From positions 150,001-182,000 of the forward strand of contig NZ_FNLK01000012.1 in assembly GCF_900105015.1 (NCBI RefSeq): 32,000 nt of DNA, written 5' to 3'. Below the pieces are notes generated by a model. It was not told where the DNA came from. It did not search any database and saw only the letters and a list, made by a program, of their open reading frames with translations. Both the position numbers and the translations under genes were made by a program. Numbering within the stretch: the stretch's first letter is position 1; every line of letters begins with the position of its first letter. Source of the DNA: Schaalia meyeri. Lineage in GTDB: Bacteria > Actinomycetota > Actinomycetes > Actinomycetales > Actinomycetaceae. This document shows positions 17,604-27,181 of this stretch, in pieces.

Positions 17604-17618
17604 TTTCTATGGCTGTGA

Positions 17619-19139
17619 TTACCTCACGTCCTCATCCACCCAGTCGAAGGTGCGCGTGACGGCCTTCTTCCACAAGCGATAGGTGCGGTCGCGTTCGGCG
17701 GGCTCCATGGACGGTGTCCAGCGCTTGCCCTCCTGCCAGTTGGCGACCACATCGTCCGTGCCGCTCCAGTAGCCGACGGCCATGCCGGCGGCGTAGGCGG
17801 CGCCCAGGGCCGTGGTCTCGATGACCTTCGGGCGCACGACGTCAACGCCGCACAGATCGGCCTGGAACTGCATCACCAGGTCGTCGTGCGTCATGCCGCC
17901 GTCGACCTTGAGCTCCTTCAGAGGCACGCCGGAATCGGCGTTCATCGCGTCGAGGACCTCGGCGCTTTGGAACGCAGTCGATTCCTCGACGGCGCGGGCG
18001 ATGTGACCCTTGTTGACGTAGCGGGTCAGGCCCACGATCGCGCCGCGCGCATCGGAACGCCAGTAGGGGGCGAACAGGCCCGAGAACGCCGGGACGAAGT
18101 AGACGCCGCCGTTATCCTCGACCGTGCGCGCCAGCTCGCCGATGTCGGAGGATTTGACAATCATGCCCAGGTTGTCGCGCAGCCACTGCACGAGCGATCC
18201 CGCCACGGCGATCGACCCCTCGAGGGCGTAGACGGTCGGCTGGTCGCCGAGCTTGTAGGCGACCGTCGTCAGCAGGCCGTTGTCGGAGAACACGGGCTCG
18301 GTGCCAGTGTTCATGAGCATGAAGCAGCCGGTGCCGTAAGTGTTCTTCGCCATGCCCTTCTCAAAACAGGCCTGACCAAAGGTCGCGGCCTGCTGGTCGC
18401 CCAGGATGCCGGCGATGGGGGTGTCGATGAGCAGACCGTTCTTTCGCCCGTAGCCGTAGATTTCGGAGGAGGATCGGATCTCGGGGAGCATCGACATGGG
18501 GATGCCGAAGATTTCGCACACGTCTTCGCGCCAGGTCAGCGTGCGGATGTCCATGAGCATGGTGCGCGACGCGTTGGTGACGTCCGTGCAGTGCACGCCG
18601 CCGTTGACGCCGCCCGTCAGGTTCCACAGCACCCACGAGTCGGTGTTGCCGAAATACAGGTCGCCGGCCTCAGCGCGCTCGCGTGCTCCCTCAACGTTGT
18701 CCAAGATCCACTTGATCTTTGAGCCGGAGAAGTACGGGGACAGGCCCAGGCCGCAGATCTGGCGGAAACGATCCGGACCCTCGTCGCCCTCAAGTTCCTT
18801 GACGATGTCCGAGGTGCGCATGTCCTGCCAGACGATCGCATTGTAGACGGGTTCGCCGGTGTTCTTATCCCACACGACGGTGGTCTCACGCTGGTTGGTG
18901 ATGCCGACGGCGGCCAGCGAGTGACGGTTGATCTCGGCCTTTTGCAGGGCTTCGGCGACGACGGTGCGCGTGGTGTCCCAGATTTCGAGGGGATTGTGCT
19001 CGACCCAACCCGGGTTGGGGAAAATCTGAGTGAATTCCTTCTGGCCGACGGAAACGATTTCGCCGGCGTGGTTGAAGATGATCGCCCGGGTCGAAGTCGT
19101 TCCCTGGTCGATGGCCATAACGAACTTTTCGGTGGTCAT
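17619..19139 (-). CDS. glpK: Glycerol kinase (506 aa)
   Basis: [29 protein letters not shown]...[11 protein letters not shown]...GYWSG... shows unambiguous FGGY-family glycerol kinase signatures. Confidence 0.96.
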   Translation of the reverse strand: MTTEKFVMAIDQGTTSTRAIIFNHAGEIVSVGQKEFTQIFPNPGWVEHNPLEIWDTTRTVVAEALQKAEINRHSLAAVGITNQRETTVVWDKNTGEPVYNAIVWQDMRTSDIVKELEGDEGPDRFRQICGLGLSPYFSGSKIKWILDNVEGARERAEAGDLYFGNTDSWVLWNLTGGVNGGVHCTDVTNASRTMLMDIRTLTWREDVCEIFGIPMSMLPEIRSSSEIYGYGRKNGLLIDTPIAGILGDQQAATFGQACFEKGMAKNTYGTGCFMLMNTGTEPVFSDNGLLTTVAYKLGDQPTVYALEGSIAVAGSLVQWLRDNLGMIVKSSDIGELARTVEDNGGVYFVPAFSGLFAPYWRSDARGAIVGLTRYVNKGHIARAVEESTAFQSAEVLDAMNADSGVPLKELKVDGGMTHDDLVMQFQADLCGVDVVRPKVIETTALGAAYAAGMAVGYWSGTDDVVANWQEGKRWTPSMEPAERDRTYRLWKKAVTRTFDWVDEDVR

Positions 19140-19177
19140 GAGTGTCCTTTCGGAGACATTTTCACGTCATTGTGTGG

Positions 19178-19281
19178 GTCGCGCCAGTCCCCCTGGCGCG
19201 ACATCGAAGGATGCTGCGTCCCCCGTCGGGCTCCCGTACCCGACGCTGGGGTTTCGCGGGCGAGGACTTTTCCTCGCCCGC
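19178..19281 (-). other. Three consecutive stem-loops in the glpF-glpK spacer
   Basis: The three hairpins are GTCGCGCCA/TGGCGCGAC (19178-19202), CGTCGGG/CCCGACG (19224-19245) and GCGGGCGAGGA/TCCTCGCCCGC (19256-19281). All lie within the 152-nt gap between the two co-oriented genes. Confidence 0.6.
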
Positions 19282-19291
19282 GTGCTCACCC

Positions 19292-20077
19292 TCAGGCTAG
19301 GGCGAGGAAATAGATGACGGTACCGACGATGGCACCGATGATCGGGCCGACAACGGGCACCCAGGAGTAGCCCCAGTCGGAGCCACCCTTGCCCTTGATG
19401 GGCAAGATGGCGTGAGCGATACGCGGGCCCAGGTCGCGGGCGGGGTTGATGGCGTATCCGGTGGGGCCACCGAGCGAATTGCCGATGACGACGATGATGA
19501 GGGCGACGCCGAGCGGGCCGATCGCGGTTTCGGTGCCGCCGGAGACAAAGACCCACAGGATCAGGACGGCGGTGCCGATGGCCTCAGTCAAGCAGTTCCA
19601 GCCGTAGGAGCGGATCTCGGGGCCGGTGGAGAAGACGCCGAGCTTCAGCGCGGGATCGCAGTCCTCGTCGAAGTGCTTCTTGAAGGTGAGCCACACGAGG
19701 ACGGCGCCGACGAAGGCGCCGAGGAACTGGGCGACGATGTACAGGCCAACGTTGGTGGCGTTAACGGCGATGCCGGATGCCAGTTCCACTTTCGTGTCGA
19801 AGGCCTTGCCGACGGCCTTGGCGATGGTCACCGCGGGGTTCAGGTGTCCGCCCGTACGGTAAGCGACGTAGACGCCGGCGAATACCGCCAGGCCCCACCC
19901 CCAGTTGATCATGAGCCATCCGCCGCCCTTGCCCTTGGACTTGGGCAGCAGGTTCGTGGCGACGACGCCACCGCCGAGGAGCAGGAGGACTGCGGTGCCG
20001 AGGAACTCAGACCAGAAAATCTGGGCTGTGCTTGGTGCGGCCGCATTTGCGGCTGCCGGGAGCAGTGTTGCGAGCAT
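19292..20077 (-). CDS. glpF: Glycerol uptake facilitator, MIP/aquaporin family (261 aa)
   Basis: Two NPA boxes (GGHLNPAVT and GYAINPARDLGPR) and six TM segments. It lies immediately upstream of glpK. Confidence 0.93.
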   Translation of the reverse strand: MLATLLPAAANAAAPSTAQIFWSEFLGTAVLLLLGGGVVATNLLPKSKGKGGGWLMINWGWGLAVFAGVYVAYRTGGHLNPAVTIAKAVGKAFDTKVELASGIAVNATNVGLYIVAQFLGAFVGAVLVWLTFKKHFDEDCDPALKLGVFSTGPEIRSYGWNCLTEAIGTAVLILWVFVSGGTETAIGPLGVALIIVVIGNSLGGPTGYAINPARDLGPRIAHAILPIKGKGGSDWGYSWVPVVGPIIGAIVGTVIYFLALA

Positions 20078-20177
20078 GTTTCCCTATCTTTCTCCGACGC
20101 TTCATCGCGCCGGGTCACCAGTGGTTTTCCCACCGCCAACAGTGTGCCATCGAACCATACCGGATCGGATATGGTTC

Positions 20178-20256
20178 GTGGGTCACACCCAGTATGTCAC
20201 TTGTTGCACATTAGTCCGAATCGAATGCGCATCCGTTCACACCCGGAGTGTGACCC
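20178..20256. promoter_or_regulatory. Candidate operator set in the glpF / SorC-regulator divergent region
   Basis: TCACACCC occurs twice, at 20183-20190 and 20237-20244. GGGTCACAC (20180-20188) is the inverted copy of GTGTGACCC (20248-20256). A local palindrome TCACAC-N5-GTGTGA lies at 20237-20253. The surrounding DNA is comparatively AT-rich. Confidence 0.4.
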
Positions 20257-20330
20257 TGACCATTTGACGATGCTCAATCTACCCTCCTCGACGACGAAGC
20301 TAATGCTCAAACACACACATCTGCACGCCT

Positions 20331-21332
20331 GTGCATGGCACACTAGAAAACGTGACAATACGTGACGAACAGGCACACGAGGCCGCCTCAATGTACTACC
20401 TCCAGGGCCAGACGATGGAGACAATAGCCCGCCACCTGCAGATATCGCGCTCCTCAGTCTCGCGGCTCCTCGCGCACGCACGCGAGGTCGGGCTGGTACG
20501 CATCTCCGTTTCCGCTTCACCCGGACTCAAGGGCACGCTCGCCGGCCAGATCGCCGACCTCTTCGGCGTCAAGGTCTCGGTCGTCCCCGTCCACGACGTC
20601 CACACCGAAGTCAACCGCCTGCACAACGTCGCCCTCGTCGCGGCCGAACACCTCACCGACATGCTCTTCCCCGGCGTCACCTTGGGAATCGCCTGGGGAA
20701 ACACGACCGCCGAGATAACGCGCGCGATGCCACACGTTTCCTTCCCGGGCTCCACCGTCGTCCAACTCAACGGTGCCGCGACCGCCACCGAATCCGGGAT
20801 GCCCTACGCCGAGGCCATCATCTCCCGCGCGGCCAAGGCCATCGGCGGGCGCATCGTTAACTTCCCAGTCCCCGCCTTCTTCGACTACGCCGACACCAAG
20901 GAAGCGCTGTGGCGCGAGCGCTCCATCCAGTCGGTCCTCAACACGATCAACAGCGCCGACGTCGCGCTCTTCGGCGTCGGCTCCATGTCCGCGCGCCTGC
21001 CCTCCCACGTCTACTCCGGCGGATTCCTCGAACCCAATGAGATCGCCTCCGTACAAAACGACGGTGTGGTCGGCGACGTGTGCACGGTCCTCATTCGCGA
21101 GGACGGTTCGACCAACATGTCCCTCAACGAACGCGCCTCGGGGCCCAACCCCGCCACGCTCAAGAAGATCCCTCGGCGCCTGTGCGTTGTGTCGGGGGCA
21201 TTTAAAGCGCTCCCCCTCCTCGGAGCGCTGCGCGCGGGAGTCGCCACCGACCTCGTCCTGGACGACGGGGCAGCGCACGAACTCCTCGACCTGGTCCACA
21301 CTCGCGCCGGGCAGCCCCGGCCACGCCCCTGA
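20331..21332 (+). CDS. SorC/DeoR-type sugar-binding transcriptional regulator (333 aa)
   Basis: N-terminal HTH ...AASMYYLQGQTMETIARHLQISRSSVSRLLAHAREVGLVRISV, followed by a sugar-phosphate-binding-like domain (GIAWGNT...FGVGS...). The start is uncertain: GTG at 20331 or 20352. Confidence 0.82.
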   Translation: MHGTLENVTIRDEQAHEAASMYYLQGQTMETIARHLQISRSSVSRLLAHAREVGLVRISVSASPGLKGTLAGQIADLFGVKVSVVPVHDVHTEVNRLHNVALVAAEHLTDMLFPGVTLGIAWGNTTAEITRAMPHVSFPGSTVVQLNGAATATESGMPYAEAIISRAAKAIGGRIVNFPVPAFFDYADTKEALWRERSIQSVLNTINSADVALFGVGSMSARLPSHVYSGGFLEPNEIASVQNDGVVGDVCTVLIREDGSTNMSLNERASGPNPATLKKIPRRLCVVSGAFKALPLLGALRAGVATDLVLDDGAAHELLDLVHTRAGQPRPRP

Positions 21333-21417
21333 CCCGCGCGCGTTTGTGCCCATCCGCGCGATAGCGCCCCGGCCTGGTCGCGGATACGAACCAGACCGGG
21401 GCACCCCAATCGCTCAA

Positions 21418-23037
21418 TCAACCCAGGCGCTTAACCAGCGGGAAGGGGATCGTCTCTCGGATACCCTGGCCGGTCAACACCATGAGCAGGCGGTCGATGC
21501 CCATGCCCATGCCGCCGCACGGCGGGAAGCCCTGTTCCATCGCGACCAGGAAGTCCTCGTCCAAGACCATCGCCTCGGGGTCGCCGTTCGCCGCCGCCAA
21601 CGCCTGCGCCTCGAAGCGTTCGCGCTGCACGACCGGATCCGCCAATTCCGAGTAGGCCGTGGCCGTCTCGAAGCCGCGCACGTACAGGTCCCACTTTTCC
21701 GTCAGGCCGGGGCGCGAACGGTGGTAGCGGGTCAGCGGGGAGGTATCCTCCGGGAAGTCGTACACGAACGTGGGTGCCCACAGCTTGGAGCCGACGAGCT
21801 CCTCGAAGATATCCTCGACGATCTTGCCATCCGCCGCGTAGTCATCCACCTCCAGGCCGATGCGCTCAGCGTGCCTCAGGAGGTCCGCGCGCGGCGTGTC
21901 CACCGTGATTTCCTCGCCGAGCGCCTCCGACGTCGACCCGTACAGGTCGATGCGATCCCACTGCCCCGACAGGTCGTACTCGGTGCCGTCGGCCAGGCGC
22001 ACGATCTCCCCACCCGCGGGCAGGTCGAAGGCGTCGCGGGCGGCCTGCTGGATCAGGTCGCGCGTCAGATCCGCCATGCCGTTGTAGTCCGAGTATGCCT
22101 CGTAGGCCTCCAGGGCCGTGAACTCGGGGCTGTGCGAGGAATCCATGCCTTCGTTGCGGAAGTTGCGGTTGATCTCGAACACGCGATCCACGCCGCCCAC
22201 AACCGCGCGCTTCAGGTAGATCTCCGTGGCGATGCGCAGGTACAGCTCGGTGTCGAGCGCGTTCATGTGCGTCGTAAACGGACGGGCGGACGCGCCGCCG
22301 TGGATCACCTGCAGCATCGGCGTTTCCAACTCGATGTAGTCGCGGTTAAAGAAGTTCTCGCGGATCGAACGGTTCACGGCGGCACGGATGCGGATCATGT
22401 CGCGGGCGGCGGGACGCGTGATCAGGTCGAGCTCGCGGCGGCGGATGCGCTGATCCTCCGACAGGGTGATGTCCTCGCCGTCCTTAGTCGTCCACGTCTT
22501 GGGCAGCGGGCGGATCGCCTTCGACGCGATCGCCCAGGAGGCGTCGGGGGCCACCAGCGCGGTTGGCGCCGCATCGTAGGCTGCACGCGCCTCCTCGGTC
22601 ACCTCGGCGGGTGCGGCGAAAACTGACAGCTCTCCGCGACGCGAGGAAATGACCCGGCCGTGGACGTACAGGTGATCGCCCAGGTCCACGTCGTTCTTGT
22701 ACGCGGCCAGGGACTGCGCGCCCACCGACGCGGCGGACAGCATGACCTGGATCCTGTTTCCCGCGCCATCCATGAGGGTCGCGAAACACAGCTTGCCACC
22801 GTTGCGGGCCAGGATGACGCGGCCCGCCAGGCCCACGTAGTCCTCCGTCTCTTCGCCGGCCTCAAGGTGAGAGTATTTCTCGCGCACCTTCGCAATCGTC
22901 GTCGTGATCGGCAGGCGCGCGGGGTAGGGGGGAATACCCGCCTCCATGAGGCGCGCGCGCTTGGCTGCGCGAACCTTGACCTGCTCGGGGGTGTCGTCTG
23001 CGGGCGTTTGCGTGGGTACGGAAGAAGAATCTGTCAT
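21418..23037 (-). CDS. lysS: Lysine--tRNA ligase, class II (539 aa)
   Basis: OB anticodon-binding block GRVILARNGGKLCFATLMDGAGNRIQVMLS and class II core ...FRNEGMDSSHSPEFTALEAYEAYSDY...GGMGMGIDRLLM. Start trimmed to ATG 23037 (MTDSSSVP). Confidence 0.95.
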   Translation of the reverse strand: MTDSSSVPTQTPADDTPEQVKVRAAKRARLMEAGIPPYPARLPITTTIAKVREKYSHLEAGEETEDYVGLAGRVILARNGGKLCFATLMDGAGNRIQVMLSAASVGAQSLAAYKNDVDLGDHLYVHGRVISSRRGELSVFAAPAEVTEEARAAYDAAPTALVAPDASWAIASKAIRPLPKTWTTKDGEDITLSEDQRIRRRELDLITRPAARDMIRIRAAVNRSIRENFFNRDYIELETPMLQVIHGGASARPFTTHMNALDTELYLRIATEIYLKRAVVGGVDRVFEINRNFRNEGMDSSHSPEFTALEAYEAYSDYNGMADLTRDLIQQAARDAFDLPAGGEIVRLADGTEYDLSGQWDRIDLYGSTSEALGEEITVDTPRADLLRHAERIGLEVDDYAADGKIVEDIFEELVGSKLWAPTFVYDFPEDTSPLTRYHRSRPGLTEKWDLYVRGFETATAYSELADPVVQRERFEAQALAAANGDPEAMVLDEDFLVAMEQGFPPCGGMGMGIDRLLMVLTGQGIRETIPFPLVKRLG

Positions 23038-23186
23038 GGCCCTATCGTAGCGGGATTTGGCCGCGCGAAGAGGAGGCGGCCCGGTTGGCCAGGTCACGAG
23101 CCCGCCGGGTTGACGCCCTCGCCAGCAGGCGCAGGGTCGGCATCCGCCCTCCATGCTCGAGCGCCGAGCGCCACCGCACCACGCGC

Positions 23187-23624
23187 CTAGAGCACACCTG
23201 AGCTTTTCAGCCCCAGGGCGCGGGCTCGTTCGGACTCCTCGGGGACGCGCCCCGGGTGCTCGCCCGCCTCCACGATCGCGTTGGCCTCGTCGACGAAAAC
23301 GACGCGGGGCTTGACGGTGCGCACGAGGGACTCAGGCACCTGAGCGTAGGCCATGATGATGACGAGGTCGCCGACGCTCACCCTGTGGGCGGCCGCGCCG
23401 TTGAGCTGGACGGTGCCGCTGCCGCGCTCGCCGGCGATCGTGTAGGTCGCCAGTCGTTCCCCGTTGTTCACGTCAACGATGTCGACCTTTTGCCCGGGAA
23501 CGATGTTCGCCGCCTCCAGCAGATCCTCATCCACCGTGATCGAGCCAACGTAGTGCAGGTCGGCGCCGGTGACGGTGGCGCGGTGGATCTTTCCGATGGC
23601 CATCTCGCGGGTCATCTCCATCAT
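23187..23624 (-). CDS. panD: Aspartate 1-decarboxylase proenzyme (145 aa)
   Basis: [25 protein letters not shown] contains the Gly-Ser self-cleavage site. The ATG overlaps the panC stop (ATGA). Confidence 0.93.
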   Translation of the reverse strand: MMEMTREMAIGKIHRATVTGADLHYVGSITVDEDLLEAANIVPGQKVDIVDVNNGERLATYTIAGERGSGTVQLNGAAAHRVSVGDLVIIMAYAQVPESLVRTVKPRVVFVDEANAIVEAGEHPGRVPEESERARALGLKSSGVL

Positions 23625-24592
23625 GCGTCCTCCCCCGTGTGCTGTGAGGCGACACGGGACGCGACACCGGCCCCCGTGGTAGGGGACACCGCGCCCAGCG
23701 GGGCCTCCATGTTGTCGATAAGGCGGGTCGTTCCCACCCTGGCGGCGATGAGGATGCGGCCGTCGCGCGAGCCGTCGGGCAGAAGCGTCGGGGCGCCCCC
23801 GCCGCCGTCAACCGGCACGCCGTCGGTGCCCGCGAGGATCTCGAAGCTGCCCGCATCCACGACCGCAATGTAGTCCAGCTCGATGCCGCCCTCCTCGTCG
23901 ATGACCGCGCGGCACGCCTCGACGATGCGGGCCGCGTCCGCCCCCGCCTCGGCTGCGGCGACGCCACGCAAAAGGGCCCGGGACAGGGCGCGGGCGCGAA
24001 CACGTTCGTCGTCGCTCAGGTACTGGTTGCGGCTCGAGAGGGCCACGCCGTCGCGCGCGCGCACGATGGGCACGGCATGGATGCGTACGGGGATGTCGAG
24101 CTGGGCAAACACCGTGCGCAGGACGGCCAGCTGCTGGGCGTCCTTTTGCCCGTAGAGCGCCACGTCGGGGCGCACCAGGTTCGCCACCTTGGAGCACACC
24201 AGGGCGACGCCGGAGAAATGCGTGGGCCGCGTCTTGCCTTCGAGGACGCGCGCGATGGGCCCGGGATCGATCGAGACGGTCGCTGGCGTCGGATACACGT
24301 CCTGGGGTGCGGGCGCCCACACGAGGTCGGCTCCCACGCTTTCCAGCGCATCCATGTCCGCGTCCAGGGTGCGCGGGTAGGCGTCGTAGTCCTCGCCCGG
24401 CGCGAACTGCGTGGGGTTAACGAAGATCGTGACGATCACGTGATCGGCCAGCCGACGCGCCTCGCGCACCAGCTCCAGGTGCCCGGCGTGCAGGGCACCC
24501 ATGGTCATGACCAGTGCTTTCGTGCTAGAAAGGCGCGCCAGGGCATCGGCCAGCTGAGCGCGCGTGTGGACCAGGAGGGGATGGTGGGTCAT
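23621..24592 (-). CDS. panC: Pantoate--beta-alanine ligase (323 aa)
   Basis: [46 protein letters not shown] matches the HxGH-type signature of PanC. Confidence 0.94.
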   Translation of the reverse strand: MTHHPLLVHTRAQLADALARLSSTKALVMTMGALHAGHLELVREARRLADHVIVTIFVNPTQFAPGEDYDAYPRTLDADMDALESVGADLVWAPAPQDVYPTPATVSIDPGPIARVLEGKTRPTHFSGVALVCSKVANLVRPDVALYGQKDAQQLAVLRTVFAQLDIPVRIHAVPIVRARDGVALSSRNQYLSDDERVRARALSRALLRGVAAAEAGADAARIVEACRAVIDEEGGIELDYIAVVDAGSFEILAGTDGVPVDGGGGAPTLLPDGSRDGRILIAARVGTTRLIDNMEAPLGAVSPTTGAGVASRVASQHTGEDA

Positions 24593-24709
24593 GGTCCTAT
24601 TGTTGCGCGTTCGGTTAGCCAGTGCGTCATCGAGTCGTTTGCATCACCCTCGCACGTGCGCGTTCGAGGCCGACGACCCCGGTCCGTTCACGCGCGAACG
24701 GGCGGATTC

Positions 24710-25597
24710 TCAGGCTTCGGGCTCCAGCAGCGCGGCCTCGATGTTCGTCGCGGCGCGGCCATCAAGGAGTCGCGCGTCGCGCAGGAGCCGCGTGAGGGCA
24801 CGAGTCATGTTGGCGTAGGTGTCGCGTTCCCCCGCGAGCTCCTCGTGGGCTCCCAGGGATCTGGCGTGCGCGGCGACGGTGCCGACGTCCCCGCGGGCGG
24901 CCGGTCCGGAGATGCCGCCCACCCCCTCGGTGAGGGCGCGGTCGAGGGCTGCCTCAAGCAGGGGGCGCGCGTACAGGGCGGGTTCCTTAATGCCGGCCTT
25001 CGCCAGGATGCGCATGGTCTGGACGGTGATTCCCGCGACGAAGTTGGCGCCGTGGGCCAGGCCCGCGTGGTAAAGCGGGCGGTCTTCCTCGGCGACCACG
25101 ACGGGCTCACCGCCCATCTCGACCACGAGGGCCTGCGCGATAGGCAGGAATGGGGCCGAGGCCGTGACCGCAAAGGGGGTGCCGACGAGCCTGGCGACAT
25201 CGACGCTGGTCCCGGTGAAGGTCATGGCCGGGTGGATCGCCAAAGGGATCGCGCCCGCACCGGATGCCGCGTCGAGCAGCCGCACGCCGCAGGCTCCGGA
25301 CAGGTGGATGACGATGTGCCCGGCCTGCCACGCCTCCGCTTTAGCCAGGCCCGCCGCCAGGGGTTTGATCTGATCGTCCGGCACCGCCAGGATGACGACC
25401 TCGGAGCGCCTGGCGACCTCCTGAGGGGATACGATCGGCACGCCGGGGAGCATCGCGTCGGCTCGTTCGCGCGAGGACGGAGAGGACGCGGAGACGGCGA
25501 CCACCCGGTGCCCGACGGCGCGCAGCGCGGAGCCGATGACGGGGCCGACGTGCCCCATTCCGATAATGCCGATGCCGAGGCGCCCGGGGGTATCCAT
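24710..25597 (-). CDS. Rossmann-like plus DUF2520 domain protein, a putative NAD(P)-dependent oxidoreductase (295 aa)
   Basis: N-terminal dinucleotide fold GIGIIGMGHVGPVIGSALRAVGH. It sits immediately upstream of panC in the same orientation, as Rv3603c-like genes do in other actinobacteria. Confidence 0.75.
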   Translation of the reverse strand: MDTPGRLGIGIIGMGHVGPVIGSALRAVGHRVVAVSASSPSSRERADAMLPGVPIVSPQEVARRSEVVILAVPDDQIKPLAAGLAKAEAWQAGHIVIHLSGACGVRLLDAASGAGAIPLAIHPAMTFTGTSVDVARLVGTPFAVTASAPFLPIAQALVVEMGGEPVVVAEEDRPLYHAGLAHGANFVAGITVQTMRILAKAGIKEPALYARPLLEAALDRALTEGVGGISGPAARGDVGTVAAHARSLGAHEELAGERDTYANMTRALTRLLRDARLLDGRAATNIEAALLEPEA

Positions 25598-25622
25598 GCC
25601 CCCATTGTCGCCGATCCGTCAG

Positions 25623-27113
25623 CTATTTGCCGCTCGCCTCGCCCTTCGAGGTCACGTCGATGACCTCCCCCACGCGGGTAAGCCAACGCTCGGGCGGCTC
25701 GGCCTCGCGACTGGCCTTTGAAGCGGCAGACAGCTGTGAGCACAGGTGAAGGGAGCGGGATTCCTCGACGTGCGCGGCGATAGAGGGAACCGGACCTGGG
25801 ACCAGCTCCGCGCGCACAGAGGCGACGCGCCGGAACCGCTGGAGGGGGCCCTGGTGGAGGGAGACGGATTGGATGCGCGAGAGGGGGATCAGGGAGAACC
25901 TGCGCGTCAACCAGCCGCCGCGAATCGCCAGCACGGTGTCGGTCAGGGCGAAGCCGCGGCGCGCGTACAGCAGCGGGTCCAGGATGCGCGCGCTGCCCGG
26001 GATGGGCACTATCTCGCGGTCGCCCCGCCTCCCCGCGCACAGGGACTCCAAGAAGGCATCGGGATCGTTGACCCCCAGCGACGGAACCACCATCGCGATG
26101 GCCTGGGCGGCCTCGGCGCGCGAGCCGACGGGAAGCAGCACGTCTGAGGCGACGTCGGCCTGCAACCCCTCGGTCTTTTCGCTGGCCGAAGAGACCGCAT
26201 TCCCCGCCTGCGTGATATCCACGCGGTACCAGTCGAAGATGCGCCAAATGAGGGGCTGGGTAAGGCGAAGCGCATGGATGCGCCCCGGGGGATCGTCACG
26301 TGGCATCGCGCAGTCAAGCCTCGACGAATGCGCACACCGTCGGGCGAGATCGCGGCCGTGAAGCCGAACTCTCGGTCGAATCGCGCCCACACGATGGCCG
26401 CGAGGCTGAGCATGATGCCGATGAAGCTCATGATCGACGTCACCCCGACACCGACACCGACACCGACACCGAGGTATCCGGTCAGCACGCACAACCCGAT
26501 GCAAAAAGGAGCGCAATCGCATTGCCCAAGGTAGCGAGCAAGGACGCCAACAGTTTCGGGAGGCTCACCTGGAAGACGACGCGCTCGGGCGCCGCCGGAA
26601 CGGCAGCGCCAACAACGCCCCCACGGGAGGCGGGCCGGGTGGACTCGGAGGGTTCAACGACCCGTCGATCGCGCCCGAGGCCAGGGCCAGCACGAGGGCT
26701 TGCACCTCTTCGAGGCGGAGGGAGGAGAGGAGACCCAGCTTGATCCGGGAATCGGAGCCGCCGGCCACCTCAACGTCCAGGTAGCCCAGACCAACGATGC
26801 GGCCGATGAGCGAATAGGACAGATTGACGGCCTGAATGCGAGACAGGTGCGCGTGGCGCTGTTTTCGCGACAGGATGCCGGAGCAATACCACACGGCGGT
26901 GGGGGTGATCGCGTATCGGGTCATCTTCCACGCCAGGTAACAGTAGGCCGCGATGATCGCGACGATGGCCGAGGCCAGGCCGATGACCACCGGGAAGGAG
27001 CGAGTACCCGGCCCCCACACGGGATTGTTTCCGATGACCAGGCGTGCGGGCGCCCCATTTTGTGACCAGCCGACGGCGACCATCACACCGATGAGGGATC
27101 CCACCACGCGCAT
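25623..27113 (-). pseudogene. YdbT-like triple bacterial-PH (bPH_2/DUF304) membrane protein, reading frame disrupted
   Basis: Recognisable protein sequence passes through three frames:
- Frame of ORF 26565..27113: TM pair plus PH1.
- A third frame, about 26640-26485: ...PERVVFQVSLPKLLASLLATLGNAIALLF.
- Frame of ORF 26009..26494: CIGLCVLTGYLGVGVGV...FGFTAAISPDGVRIRRGLTARCHVTIPR.
- Frame of ORF 25623..26522: GRIHALRLTQPLIWRIFDWYRVDITQAGN..., plus PH3.
In-frame stops lie at 26565 and 26482. Confidence 0.7.
26443..26472. repeat. Hexanucleotide microsatellite (CACCGA)x5, first unit imperfect
   Basis: Read directly: CCCCGA CACCGA CACCGA CACCGA CACCGA. On the minus strand it encodes (GV)n within the YdbT-like gene. 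Confidence 0.9.
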
Positions 27114-27181
27114 CAGGTAGGTGATCGGATGGAGGGGTTTCCACTCCTCGGGGGCGACGCCGTCGGAGGCGAGGTCGGCGC

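Noticed and set aside
26443-26472. The short repeats here and at 31228-31470 as a possible CRISPR array.
   Set aside because: The units are 6-11 nt with no regular repeat-spacer periodicity of CRISPR size, and there are no cas genes in the window.
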